A stretch of 60,680 nt of DNA from Thermoplasmata archaeon (GCA_028864975.1 JAGWLG010000020.1:1-60680); one strand, 5' to 3'; positions 1 to 9,672 are shown, numbered from the stretch's first letter. Translations and numbers: made by a program. The notes: generated by a model not told the origin, from the sequence alone.

Positions 1-138
1 CAGGCTGGAGACCGTAAGCCCCCCGAATGTCCGGAAGTGCTCTGCCGAGACCTTCCCGGTTCCGACCGCGCGCTGCGCGAACTCGCGCGTGCCCTCCTCC
101 GTCGCATGCCCCGCGACCTCCCTCCCGGTGTTCGACAT
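1..138 (-). CDS. Aldo/keto reductase family protein, N-terminal part (runs off window edge)
   Basis: Not in ORF track. Manual translation from ATG at 138: MSNTGREVAGHATEEGTREFAQRAVGTGKVSAEHFRTFGGLTVSSL. This matches the 'G.AT.EGT...HFR...L.VSS(I/L)G.GT' N-terminus of a common AKR subfamily. Starts 13 nt after the stop of the upstream gene. Confidence 0.7.
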   Translation of the reverse strand, partial: MSNTGREVAGHATEEGTREFAQRAVGTGKVSAEHFRTFGGLTVSSL

Positions 139-151
139 CGTATCCGCGACC

Positions 152-3100
152 TCAGATCGGAACCTGCCCCCCGGAGAGGATCGGACCTTCCGGGGAGCGA
201 GGAGGCGCCCCGCAGCGCTCCAAGAGCGCGTTCGCCTCCGCACGAAGCTCGGCGCCCTTCGCTCGGTCGCCGTAGGAGTCCTCCCAGACCGACAGCTGCT
301 CTTTCGCCCGGGCCTCCGCGAGGGCGTTCTGCACCGTCAAGGCCGCTTCCAGCGCCCGGTCGAGCTCGGTCCGGGCCTTCTCCCGTTCGCCCAAAAGGGT
401 CAGGAGATGGGCCCGCAACCGATGCACGTCCGGTCGCGCTCCGACCTCGAACTCCCCCAGATGCTCCGGCAGTTGGTCCAGGAGCGTGAGCGCTTCCCGA
501 GGATGCCCTTCGCGCCCGAGGAGCTCGGCCCGGCGTAGGTCGATCAAGTTCTGGAAGGGCTTGGACCCCATCCTCACGGCGAGCTCCCGCGCCTTCTCCA
601 AGGCTGCCCGCGACTCGTCGAGGCGACCTTCGGCCGCTAGCACCTCGCTCTGCACGAAGTTCCCCAGGCAGGAGGGCGTGGGAAGATCGAAACGTTGGGC
701 GAGCTCCAAGGCCTCCTGCGCCCACTTCCCGGCCTCCCGAGCGTCCCCCATGTCGAGCAGGACCTGGGCCACCGAGAGCGCGTAGGTCGCCACCCAAGGG
801 ATGCTTCCGATCTCCCGGAGGATGCGGACCGCGTCCATGTACGCCTTGCGCGCCGCGGGAAGGTCGCCCAGGAGGTGGAAGAGCCGGCCCTCGTAGTTCA
901 ACGACGCGGCGAGGAAGATGGGAAGCTCCTGCGCGGCCGCGTAGGTGCGAGCGCTCGCGAGCACCTCCTGGGCCTCGTCCCAGCGCCGCAGACCGAGGAG
1001 GGCTTCGGACATGTTGATGTACGTACGGGAGCGCTGGATAGGATCGCCCTCCTCTCCCAAGAGCTCCATCGCTTCGCGACCTCGAGCGAGGGCCCCCTCC
1101 AGCTGTTCGCCGGCGAGGAGCATCACCGTCTCGGTGCTCGCGAGGTGGCCACGAACCCAGGTCGGAAGCTGCTCCTCGGTGCGTTCGAGCTCCGGTCCGA
1201 GGGCCGCATACCCTTCCAAGGTCTCCGCCGGCGCCAGGAACATGTTCACGTCGAGGATCCCCAGCTCGGCCTCGATCCTGAGGTCGTCGGGCAAGGGGGT
1301 CGACAAGAACTTGCGGATCATCCGCAGCACTGGAGGATAGACCCCCTGGATGAGCAGGCGGATCGCCAAGGGCCGAAGCTCGGCCAAACGTTCCTGGGCG
1401 TTCTCCACGGTGGGCGAGCGCCCCGACTCGAGCCAGTCCCAGTACATCTCCACCAGGTTGCCCGCCTGGGCTTGCATGGCCCGCTCGAGCGCCTTGCGCA
1501 CCCAGCCGTCGGCCAAGGGATGGTCGCCCGCCTCGTGGTAGAGGCGCGCGATGGTCCCGACGTCCTCCGGTCGGTGCTCCGCCCACCACCGGGCTAGCAC
1601 CGCCGCACGTTGCCCGCGTCGCGACGCAGTCGCTCTTCCCCCGGCGACCTCCCACACCAATGGATGGCCGAACGCCCAGCGACCCTCGCCCACGGGGATC
1701 AACAGACGGGAGCGCTCGGCCAGCCCCTGTGCACGGCGGTCCAGCTCCTCCTGGGGTCGGCCCAGGGCCGAAGCGAGCGGCTCGAGGTCGAACTCGCTCC
1801 CCACGACAGCGGCGGCATCCAGGAGTTCCGCATCCTCGGGCGCAAGGCGGTCGAGCCGTTGGCCGAGTAGCTCGTGGAGCGACGGAAGCGCGGGGGCTGG
1901 CGGTTCCACGAGTCCCTCCGGTGGCCGCGGCTCCTCCGAGGACCGAGCCGGCTCGGAGGCGCTAGGGGGGCCGCGGGCAACAGGTTGAACGGTGAGATGC
2001 CCGCCGGAGCGATGGATCCATCCTGAGTCCTCCATCTCGTGGACGAGCTCCAGGACATGGTACGGGTTCCCTCCGCTCCTTCGGAGAAGCGAGGCGAGGA
2101 GCTGAGGTCGTCCCTCGGCCGCCAGAGGGGCCCCGAGCGCCTTCTCGATGAGCCGTCCGGCCTCCTCTTCCCGTAGTCCGTGCAGCGAGATACGCTGTAC
2201 TCGCCCTTCCCTCTCCAAGTGGTCCAGCATCTCGCCCAACGGGGATGGAGGGGCATCCTTCGGAGGGTCCGCGTCCTCCTCCCGCATCGCGCCCACGAGG
2301 AGCAGCGGCAGGTCCTGCAGGTTCCGGGCCAAGAAGTGGAAGGCGACCAAGGACTCCGGGTCGGCCCAGTGAAGATCGTCGACGATGAGGAAGAGCGGAG
2401 AGCGGCGAGCTTCCCGTTCCAGCGTCTCCAGATATCTCAGGAGGGTCGTGGCCTGGGCCTCGCCGGAGCGCTCCCGGGGGTTCGAAGGGGGGCGGGTCCG
2501 ATGGCCGTCCTCGCCCCCGGGACTTGCAGTTCGCTCGACCTCCCCCTCCGCCTCCAAGAGGGAGAGCTGGCGCTGGTCGAACGCCGCGGGGTTGAGAGAG
2601 ACGAGCAAGTGTCCCTCATGGCTCTCGGCCACGTCGCGCAGGAACTGGACCATCCGTAGAACGGTCAGGAAGTTGTTCTGACTGACCAGGTATTCCAGTC
2701 CCGAAAGACCGACGACCATCTCGCGCCCGCTCTTGAGATGAGCCTCGAGCCGGGAGACCAGGAGGTCCATCTGGGCGGGAGGGTAGGCGCCGTCCTCTCC
2801 GACCCTTGAGAGCCAGAGCATCCGGGTCTTCTCGGCCAGTTCGGGATGCCTTTCCTTGAGCTGCGAGGGCCGGTCCCGCGTGACCAAGAGGGGCGTGCCT
2901 GGACCCGGGGAGGAGAGGAGGCGCGCGATCAGGCGCCGGGGACGGTCCTCCTCGAGAAGGAGGACCGAAGGGTTGGCGGAGGATCCCTCTCCAGGTCCAC
3001 CATCCTCGGGGACGGTGCCGCCCTGGGTCAAGCGGACCATGATCTGCTCGAAGGGGAAGAACGGGGCGTGCGACTCCCGCAAGCAGTGCCCCCAGAGGAC

Positions 3101-3376
3101 CCGGGTCCCCTCCTCCTCCGCGCGGTGCTGGACCGACCGGAGCAGCCGGGTCTTCCCCATCCCTCCCAGACCCGAGAGGACGACGCACGTCCCCCGGCCC
3201 TTCCGCGCCTCCTGGACCGCTTGCAACAGGGCGCTGAACTCCCGCTCACGTCCGACGAACGGCGTGGACGCCGACGTCAAGGGCTGGACAGGAGACAGCG
3301 GGCGAGCAGCGACCAACTTGCCCACCGGGAGGATGTCGGCGTCTATATGGGTCGCGTGGGCCGGGGGATCGCCCAA
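152..3376 (-). CDS. STAND-like AAA ATPase with inserted DUF835 domain and C-terminal TPR-like repeats
   Basis: FVGRERE, Walker A GLGGMGKT (aa 69-76), Walker B LIVDDLHWAD, GGNPY motif and helical TPR-like C-terminus. aa ~136-280 resemble DUF835 (LLVTR..P, WLSR, GLEYLV..N.F..VLRMVQFLRD, LLVSLNP). Start (TTG) uncertain. Confidence 0.85.
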   Translation of the reverse strand: MGDPPAHATHIDADILPVGKLVAARPLSPVQPLTSASTPFVGREREFSALLQAVQEARKGRGTCVVLSGLGGMGKTRLLRSVQHRAEEEGTRVLWGHCLRESHAPFFPFEQIMVRLTQGGTVPEDGGPGEGSSANPSVLLLEEDRPRRLIARLLSSPGPGTPLLVTRDRPSQLKERHPELAEKTRMLWLSRVGEDGAYPPAQMDLLVSRLEAHLKSGREMVVGLSGLEYLVSQNNFLTVLRMVQFLRDVAESHEGHLLVSLNPAAFDQRQLSLLEAEGEVERTASPGGEDGHRTRPPSNPRERSGEAQATTLLRYLETLEREARRSPLFLIVDDLHWADPESLVAFHFLARNLQDLPLLLVGAMREEDADPPKDAPPSPLGEMLDHLEREGRVQRISLHGLREEEAGRLIEKALGAPLAAEGRPQLLASLLRRSGGNPYHVLELVHEMEDSGWIHRSGGHLTVQPVARGPPSASEPARSSEEPRPPEGLVEPPAPALPSLHELLGQRLDRLAPEDAELLDAAAVVGSEFDLEPLASALGRPQEELDRRAQGLAERSRLLIPVGEGRWAFGHPLVWEVAGGRATASRRGQRAAVLARWWAEHRPEDVGTIARLYHEAGDHPLADGWVRKALERAMQAQAGNLVEMYWDWLESGRSPTVENAQERLAELRPLAIRLLIQGVYPPVLRMIRKFLSTPLPDDLRIEAELGILDVNMFLAPAETLEGYAALGPELERTEEQLPTWVRGHLASTETVMLLAGEQLEGALARGREAMELLGEEGDPIQRSRTYINMSEALLGLRRWDEAQEVLASARTYAAAQELPIFLAASLNYEGRLFHLLGDLPAARKAYMDAVRILREIGSIPWVATYALSVAQVLLDMGDAREAGKWAQEALELAQRFDLPTPSCLGNFVQSEVLAAEGRLDESRAALEKARELAVRMGSKPFQNLIDLRRAELLGREGHPREALTLLDQLPEHLGEFEVGARPDVHRLRAHLLTLLGEREKARTELDRALEAALTVQNALAEARAKEQLSVWEDSYGDRAKGAELRAEANALLERCGAPPRSPEGPILSGGQVPI

Positions 3377-3557
3377 GCCGCCCGTACCATTATCGTCCCG
3401 TTGCCACTCCTGCGTTCGGGATGCCCCGACGGAAGTACGGCAGGATGCAGAAGCCGATCCCTCCGGTCAACCCTGAGAAGTGCCGTTTCTGCCGGTTGAA
3501 ACGGCCATGTCCCCTTCACGGGAAGAGCGCGAAGGAGAACCCGTCGTTCCCCGAGCG

Positions 3558-5177
3558 CTAACGGGTTCGACCGGGGATCCGGTCCTGGAACCTGCGCAGC
3601 AGTTCGGGCGCGATCTCATCGCGCAGCTCGTGGATCCTCGCGTGGGCGCGCGCCCGTACCTCGAGGACCATCGGGCGAAGTTTGCGCCTCGACCCGGCCC
3701 TACCCCGCTGGGGCGGCGGTGGGAGCCCCGCAGGGAGGACGATACGCTCGACCACGCGGCGGCCGACCTCGTCCCCGGCTCTCTCGAGCGCCTCGGTCAC
3801 TTCCGGCACGAAGAGCTCCGCGTGGTCCCGGAGGAGCTTGGACCAGCGGAAGCGAGCCTTCTGCCAGCGGTAGACCGAGACCGGATAGACCCCCTCGTAC
3901 AGGAGCCCGCCGTCCTCGCGACCGGCGGGAGGCTTACGTTCACGCACCGTGCTCTCGAAACGCGTTCCCGGGAGGGGAACGGCGATCGAGATGGAGTACT
4001 CCTCGGGGCTGAACCGACGGAAGAGCTGCAACGTCCGCTCGATGTCGTCCAACGTCTCCTCCGGATACCCTAGCATCAGGAACCAGTACTGCTGGACCCC
4101 GTGGGCACGCAGGGCGGAAGCACACCGCTCGATCTGGGAGAGGCGGGTCCCGCGGTTCATCGCGTCGAGCATCTTCTGGCTGCCCGACTCGACCCCGAGG
4201 AAGACCCGATGAAGGCCGGCCTCGGCCATCTTGGGTAGGAGCTGAGGTTTGAGGAGGTCGACCCGAGAAAGGCACTCGAACCGCATCCCGAGATCCGCCG
4301 CGACCATCCCGTCCAGGAACTTCTCTGTCCAGGACCTTTGGATGCCGAAGACATCGTCGCAGACACGGACGTAGTCGACACCGTAGCGCTGCTGGAGGAG
4401 CCGAAGCTCGCGCAGAACGTTCTCGACCGAGCGTTGCCGGTAGGTCCGACCGAAGGTCGGTTTCGAGCACCATGAACAATCGAACGGGCACCCTCGAGAG
4501 GTCAGGACGGCCATACGTCGCGACCCCGTGGACCGTTGCCACCGCGAGAGATACGACTCCATATCCACCAGGTCCCAGGCGGGTAGCGGAAGCTGGTCCA
4601 GGTCCCGGACCAAGGGCCGAGGCGGGCCCCGCACCATCGCGCCCTCCTGCAGGAACGCGACCCCCGGGATCCCGAACAGGGACCGGGAATCGTTCACGGC
4701 GGCTGCGACGTCGAGGATGGTAGTCTCCCCCTCGCCGGTCCCGACTGCGTCGAACCCCCCCTGCAGGTAGGCGAGAGGTCGACTGCTGGCGTCCGGCCCT
4801 CCGGCGATGGAGAAGGTCGCGTGAGAGCGTGCGAGTCGGGCCAAGGCCAGGGCCCGTGGGAACGTCAGGGTCTTGGTGTGGACCCCGAGCAGCGCCGGAG
4901 AGAACGAGCGGAGAGCGCGGCGCACCGGCTCGATCCCTCGCTCGAACGTGAGGTCGACGATCTTCACCTCGTGCCCCTCCTGGCGGAGGTAGGCCGCAAC
5001 GGAGAGCAGCCCCAACGACGGATACTGTTCGTCCCTCTTCCGCTCCATGGGGTCCTCCCGGCGGACGTACGGGTCGACCAGCAGCACACGCGCTCGGAAG
5101 GACCCCCCGTAGGCCCTCGCTCGGACGGGGGCCGAGGCGTCGCCGCGCGACGGTGAACGGGGATGCGTGGCGGCCAT
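3558..5177 (-). CDS. Cobalamin-binding radical SAM protein
   Basis: VLLVDP...YPSLGLLSVAAYL B12-binding domain, CxxxCxxC (GCPFDCSWC), GVESGSQ motif. Start set at ATG 5177 (Met24 of the track ORF). Confidence 0.9.
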   Translation of the reverse strand: MAATHPRSPSRGDASAPVRARAYGGSFRARVLLVDPYVRREDPMERKRDEQYPSLGLLSVAAYLRQEGHEVKIVDLTFERGIEPVRRALRSFSPALLGVHTKTLTFPRALALARLARSHATFSIAGGPDASSRPLAYLQGGFDAVGTGEGETTILDVAAAVNDSRSLFGIPGVAFLQEGAMVRGPPRPLVRDLDQLPLPAWDLVDMESYLSRWQRSTGSRRMAVLTSRGCPFDCSWCSKPTFGRTYRQRSVENVLRELRLLQQRYGVDYVRVCDDVFGIQRSWTEKFLDGMVAADLGMRFECLSRVDLLKPQLLPKMAEAGLHRVFLGVESGSQKMLDAMNRGTRLSQIERCASALRAHGVQQYWFLMLGYPEETLDDIERTLQLFRRFSPEEYSISIAVPLPGTRFESTVRERKPPAGREDGGLLYEGVYPVSVYRWQKARFRWSKLLRDHAELFVPEVTEALERAGDEVGRRVVERIVLPAGLPPPPQRGRAGSRRKLRPMVLEVRARAHARIHELRDEIAPELLRRFQDRIPGRTR

Positions 5178-5294
5178 GCTCCTGCAGGCTGGTGTACGTC
5201 CTGCCGACCTACTTGGACCCTTCCTTCCCCCTCCTTCCTCGTTCAACCTAGGTCAGCCACTTCATCCAATCGCTTGGAAGCAGTGAGACGGCAC

Positions 5295-5507
5295 TCACGT
5301 CTCCGCCGGTCCCAGGATCTCCCCCACCCCCAGCGCCCACCCCCCGAGCACGTTCTCGACCGGCCCTTCTCCATCGATTACGCGGTCCAGCTCATCGACC
5401 TGCTCCTCCCTCTTTTCACGCGAGGCGTTGACCCGATGCCTCAGCCCCGCCCGGGGCAACGCTTCGATTCGCCGCTCCAACTCCTCCGGGTCCTGCCGCG
5501 CGAACAC
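5295..5507 (-). CDS. Possible small hypothetical protein
   Basis: 70-aa ORF with strongly GC-rich third positions that fills an otherwise empty gap. No recognisable domain; GTG start. Confidence 0.3.
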   Translation of the reverse strand: MFARQDPEELERRIEALPRAGLRHRVNASREKREEQVDELDRVIDGEGPVENVLGGWALGVGEILGPAET

Positions 5508-5576
5508 CTGCCACAGGCGTAGCTCATGTGCGCTGACCCGAGGTGATTATGTACGACCGGAGGACGGGCTACCAGG

Positions 5577-8500
5577 ATGTGGTCGCGGCATCTGCCCCCC
5601 CGACGGGCGGTTCCCACCCTCGTGCTGCTAGGGATCGTCGTGCTGCTGCTCCTTCCCAGCCCGGGACCACCCGGAGGGCCGCCAGCCGCCCATCGTCGAT
5701 CGGAAGGGTCAGCGTCAGGACACTATGGAGGCACTGGAGGCGCCCCGCCACCGCGGCGGAACGTCACCTTTACGGGCGACCTGGTGAGCGATTTCGGCTC
5801 CCCCTACTACGTCAACACGAACGCGTCCTCCTGGGGCGCGCTCAACAACCTTAGCGCGGTGTTCGCCGCCTACAATGCGACGGAGCTCTTTCTGGGGTTC
5901 GACGAAGTGGTCACGGCGAACTCCTTGATGGTCTTCGTCGGGAACGGAGAGTCGGCGGGGGGGCTGGGGACCTACAACGTGAGCGCTCTCAACGCGTGGG
6001 GGAGGGCGATCCGCTTCAGCTCGGCCGTGGCGGACCTCGTCGGGGTCTATTTCGGGTCGACGAACGCGAACCGGTCCGGCTCCGGTGCGTTCCAGGTGCT
6101 GACGCCCCCCTCCCAGAGCAACTCCACCCCCGCTGTGCGGACCATCTCGTCCTCTTCCGACTTCAATGGCGCTGGCGACTCGGCCGAGTTCGCCCTTCCG
6201 CTCTCGTCGCTCCTTCCCGTGAACCTCAACACCCACGCCAATCTCACGTTGAGCGCGTTCGTGGTGGGAAACTCGGGGGCATGGGTAGGTACCGGCATCC
6301 CCTACCTGCAGGCTGGGCGCTATGACGCCGGGGGCTCGCAGCCCACGTTCCTCGTCAACGACACGCTGGAGCTCCCCATATCGGGGGCGGCGATAGCGCC
6401 ACCCCGCCCCATCGACGTCTCGATCATCTTCAACGACCACCAGCCCCTCTACCAGATTGCCGGGGCGAGCGACTACAACCTTCCCTGGACCGCGGCCCAT
6501 GCCACGGCCGAGTACATCGAGCAACCCCTCCTCCTGCAGGAGTTCCCGACGGTGAACATCACCTACGAACTCTCTGGCTCGTTGCTCTACCAGCTCCAGA
6601 ACATCTCCCAGGACCCGACCTACAACGATTCGTTCGAGGAAGCCGCCTGGGTCCCCTGGTCCGAGCTCAACACTACTCAGAACGCGACGCTCCGAGGGCA
6701 GCTCGAAGCCGACTGGTTCAGTGTCCCCCCCTACGTCTACGCGTTTCCCGAGCCCGCCTCTTCCCGCTACCAGCAGTTGGAGTCCTCATGGGCCTCGGGC
6801 ACGCCGCTCACCGCTTCCCAGTATGAGGACGCCAAGGTGCTCTGGTTCCTCTTCGAGATCTCGACGGACCTTGTGGAGGGAAGGATCGGTGCAGGCTGGA
6901 CCTCGTCGACCATCTGGGGACTGCACAACCAGACCTATTTCTCGGACAAGGACCTGCGGACCGTGCTCACGTACTCGAAATGGCTGACGGGACAGGTGGT
7001 CCCGGCGTTCCGGTCGGCGCGGCTCGGGAACCCCTCGGGCAGCGACAACACCGAGCTGTTCACCAGTCCGTTCTACCATCCTTTGACCCCTCTGTTGCTC
7101 ACGAACTCGATCTCCGGGCCTTCGGGGTCGATCTTGAAGGGGGACTATTCCACCGACGTCCAGGCCCAGATGAACTTGAGCCGCGACCAGTTCGACCAGT
7201 TCTTCGGGGCCTATCCCGAAGGGCTCTACGCTTCGGAGGCCGCGGTCTCCGAGGCGATGGTGGAACCCATCGCCCGGTCGGGCGCGCGTTGGACCGTGAC
7301 CGACGAGTGGACCCTGCAACAGTCCGGCGTCCCTGCGAAGGCGTACGGCGACTCGGGATGGAGCGTCGCTTCGCTCGAGTCGCTCTACTCGCCGTACGTG
7401 GTCGCGGGAGCGAACGGCACGAGCACGGTCATGCTCTTCCGAGACGCGCCGCTGTCGAACGCCTGGGCCTTCAACTACGGCAACCTTCCCACCTCGACCG
7501 CCATCGCGGACATCGTGAACTACCTCAAGGGGGTGAACGGGACCCTCCCCGTGGGAGACCACCCCAACACCCTGGTGACCCTCATGCTCGATGGCGAGAA
7601 CTGGCAGTTCATGTCGCCCTTCGCGGACGATGGGATCCCGTTCCTTCGAGGGCTCTACCGTGCCCTCGCGGACAACGCGAGCTACTTCCACACGGTCACG
7701 CCCTCGCAATTCCTGAACGGCATCGCCCAGGACGGGGTCGCGCTACCCTCGCTCGGGTCCGTGGCCACAGGGAGCTGGAACCAGGCGAGCGGGAGCGCAG
7801 CACCGCTCCAGTCGAACCCCTCCCTGACGCAGTGGTCGGGCTACAACACCCAGAACTGGATGTGGGTCGCCCTGGATCGAGCGCGCGGGAAGGTGCTCGC
7901 CTTCCAGCAGGCACATGGGCTCCTTCAGCTCTCGAACCTGAGCTCCTTCGAGTCCAACCTGACCGCGTCGACCCCGGAGGGGAACATGACGCGCGCTTGG
8001 TACGGGATCTACAACGCGGAGGGGAGCGACTGGTTCTTCCAGATGGCTCCCTGGACGATCTCCAGCGCCAACACGGTGCCCTTCAACGAGACCTTCCAAG
8101 GAGACCTGGCCTACGCGCTCTCCCAACTGAACCTCACGGCGCCTCCTCCCCCTCCTCCTCCATCGCCCCACTTCCATCTGACCTTCCTGGCGTCGCCCTC
8201 CCTGTGCGGTCCGGTGGCGTTCAACGGTAGCAGCTGGGCCGATGGCGCCATGGGGAACTTCCTCCGTGGGAACTACTCCGCGCTCACCGCCGGTTGCTCG
8301 GGCTACACCTTCCGCAACTGGACCTACACGGGCGGCGTGAGCGTCGGTACCCCCGACCAGCCCACCATCCTCGTCGGGGTCCGAGGGAACGGCACGCTTC
8401 AAGCGAACTACGTACCCGTGATCCCCCCGCCAGCCCCGACCTACCATCTCCAGCTGCTCGCTGCCCCGGCCAGCTGCGGACCCATCGTGTTCAACGGAAC

Positions 8501-8906
8501 TTCCTACGGCAGCGGAGCGGTGGCTACGCTGCACCGTGGGAACTTTTCCGCCGTCGCCCCCTCTTGCACGGGCTACCAGTTCCAGGCATGGACGGCGACC
8601 GGTCAGGTCCAGGTCGTGACCCAGTCCGCGACGGCTACGGTGACGCTCTCGGGTAACGGGACCCTGAACGCTACGTACGCCGAGGTCGCTCCGAGCCCGT
8701 CGCCTTCGCCTTCCCCTTCTCCGTCTCCGAGCCCGAGCGGCTCGCCCAGCACGCTCGCGTTCCTCGTGGTGGTCGGGCTCGGGCTCGAGGTCGCGGTCGC
8801 CACCGTGGCCCTCCTCCTGTACCTCCGCCGCCGGAGGTCATCTCTTGGCCCTCCCCCGAAGGGTGGCACAGGCCCAGACGGCGCCGAAGACCCGCCGCAC
8901 GCCTAA
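5577..8906 (+). CDS. Secreted, membrane-anchored glycoside hydrolase family 57 (amylopullulanase-like)
   Basis: Signal peptide; GH57 motifs DHQPLY, SPFYHPLTPL, ASE (nucleophile region), LDGEN (acid/base) and AEGSDWFF; two Cys-containing beta repeats; (SP)n linker; TM helix followed by RRRR. Confidence 0.9.
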   Translation: MWSRHLPPRRAVPTLVLLGIVVLLLLPSPGPPGGPPAAHRRSEGSASGHYGGTGGAPPPRRNVTFTGDLVSDFGSPYYVNTNASSWGALNNLSAVFAAYNATELFLGFDEVVTANSLMVFVGNGESAGGLGTYNVSALNAWGRAIRFSSAVADLVGVYFGSTNANRSGSGAFQVLTPPSQSNSTPAVRTISSSSDFNGAGDSAEFALPLSSLLPVNLNTHANLTLSAFVVGNSGAWVGTGIPYLQAGRYDAGGSQPTFLVNDTLELPISGAAIAPPRPIDVSIIFNDHQPLYQIAGASDYNLPWTAAHATAEYIEQPLLLQEFPTVNITYELSGSLLYQLQNISQDPTYNDSFEEAAWVPWSELNTTQNATLRGQLEADWFSVPPYVYAFPEPASSRYQQLESSWASGTPLTASQYEDAKVLWFLFEISTDLVEGRIGAGWTSSTIWGLHNQTYFSDKDLRTVLTYSKWLTGQVVPAFRSARLGNPSGSDNTELFTSPFYHPLTPLLLTNSISGPSGSILKGDYSTDVQAQMNLSRDQFDQFFGAYPEGLYASEAAVSEAMVEPIARSGARWTVTDEWTLQQSGVPAKAYGDSGWSVASLESLYSPYVVAGANGTSTVMLFRDAPLSNAWAFNYGNLPTSTAIADIVNYLKGVNGTLPVGDHPNTLVTLMLDGENWQFMSPFADDGIPFLRGLYRALADNASYFHTVTPSQFLNGIAQDGVALPSLGSVATGSWNQASGSAAPLQSNPSLTQWSGYNTQNWMWVALDRARGKVLAFQQAHGLLQLSNLSSFESNLTASTPEGNMTRAWYGIYNAEGSDWFFQMAPWTISSANTVPFNETFQGDLAYALSQLNLTAPPPPPPPSPHFHLTFLASPSLCGPVAFNGSSWADGAMGNFLRGNYSALTAGCSGYTFRNWTYTGGVSVGTPDQPTILVGVRGNGTLQANYVPVIPPPAPTYHLQLLAAPASCGPIVFNGTSYGSGAVATLHRGNFSAVAPSCTGYQFQAWTATGQVQVVTQSATATVTLSGNGTLNATYAEVAPSPSPSPSPSPSPSPSGSPSTLAFLVVVGLGLEVAVATVALLLYLRRRRSSLGPPPKGGTGPDGAEDPPHA
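8691..8750 (+). repeat. Ser-Pro dipeptide repeat linker
   Basis: ccgagcccgtcgccttcgccttccccttctccgtctccgagcccgagc encodes PSPSPSPSPSPSPSPS just before the TM anchor. Confidence 0.9.
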
Positions 8907-9103
8907 GGGCGCGCGAGCACGGTCCGCTTCCGCGCCCGTCCCCCGGAGAGCGCCCCGACCGGACAGTAGGGGACGCACCAACCGCAGTCGGTGCAGTTCG
9001 GCAGGACCTTGAGCTCCTGCTCGGTCATGTCCAAGGCGTCCGGGGGGCAGACCCCGACACAGAGCCCGCAGAGGCAGCACGCCTCGGCGTTGACCCGGAT
9101 CAT
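8903..9103 (-). CDS. 2[4Fe-4S] ferredoxin
   Basis: 66 aa from ATG 9103 with two CxxCxxCxxxCP motifs (CCLCGLCVGVCP; CTDCGWCVPYCP). Overlaps the stop of the U-type scaffold gene. Confidence 0.9.
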   Translation of the reverse strand: MIRVNAEACCLCGLCVGVCPPDALDMTEQELKVLPNCTDCGWCVPYCPVGALSGGRARKRTVLARP

Positions 9104-9555
9104 GCGGGGTTCCCGGCGCTCGGTGCGGAGGCAGCCCCCGCCTCGGCCTCCCCGCCCCCGTCGGACGTGTCGAGCGGGGTATCGGTGGCCCCCAGAGCAT
9201 TCGCGAGGGCCTTGAGCGAGGTCAGCGCGCACTTGATCCGAACCGGGGAGAGCGGGATCGCGAGCATCTTCTCCACGTCCTGGCGATGCGTCTTCGACAC
9301 CTGGGCGAGGGGCTGACCCTTGATCTTGGAGGTCAGCATTGAAGCGCTGGCCACCGATATGGCGCAGCCGTCGCCGTTGAACTTCACGTCCTGGATGGTC
9401 TTCTTCGCCCCGTCCAGAGAGAGCTCCACCGTGATCCGGTCGCCACAGAGCGGGTTGTTCTCGCTGCCCGTCAGGTCCGGGTGGTCGAGATGGCCGAAGT
9501 TCCGCGGCCGCTTGTAGTGGTCCAGGATCCGTTCCTGGTACATGTCCCACGCCAT
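9100..9555 (-). CDS. U-type Fe-S scaffold / sulfur transfer protein (IscU/SufU family)
   Basis: YQERILDHY..PRNFG, NPLCGD, GCAISVASASM, RIKCA; Cys37, Cys64 and Cys109. Confidence 0.93.
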   Translation of the reverse strand: MAWDMYQERILDHYKRPRNFGHLDHPDLTGSENNPLCGDRITVELSLDGAKKTIQDVKFNGDGCAISVASASMLTSKIKGQPLAQVSKTHRQDVEKMLAIPLSPVRIKCALTSLKALANALGATDTPLDTSDGGGEAEAGAASAPSAGNPA

Positions 9556-9603
9556 TGGATCGACCTCGAGGGCTCCTTACCTGCGACAACAGCACCGACC
9601 GGA

Positions 9604-9649
9604 CTTAAAAGCTGAGGGCCGGCATCCTCCTCAGCAGCGGTGCTTATAT
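9604..9649. promoter_or_regulatory. Divergent promoter: two TATA-like boxes flanking a 7-bp inverted repeat
   Basis: CTTAAAA (9604-9610, reads TTTTAAG on minus) and TTATAT (9644-9649, ~24 nt before sufD ATG 9673) flank GCTGAGG-N11-CCTCAGC (9611-9635). Confidence 0.5.
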
Positions 9650-9672
9650 CGCCTGGCCGCTCGAGAAACCCG

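Noticed and set aside
5440-5527. 29-aa micro-ORF MSYACGRCS...KRCPGRG resembling a zinc ribbon or RpoP
   Set aside because: It has only three Cys, overlaps a more coding-like frame, and a true rpoP exists at 53390-53524.
9104-9595. 230-aa ORF ending in the ferredoxin
   Set aside because: The upstream part overlaps the U-type scaffold gene out of frame. The real ferredoxin starts at 9103.
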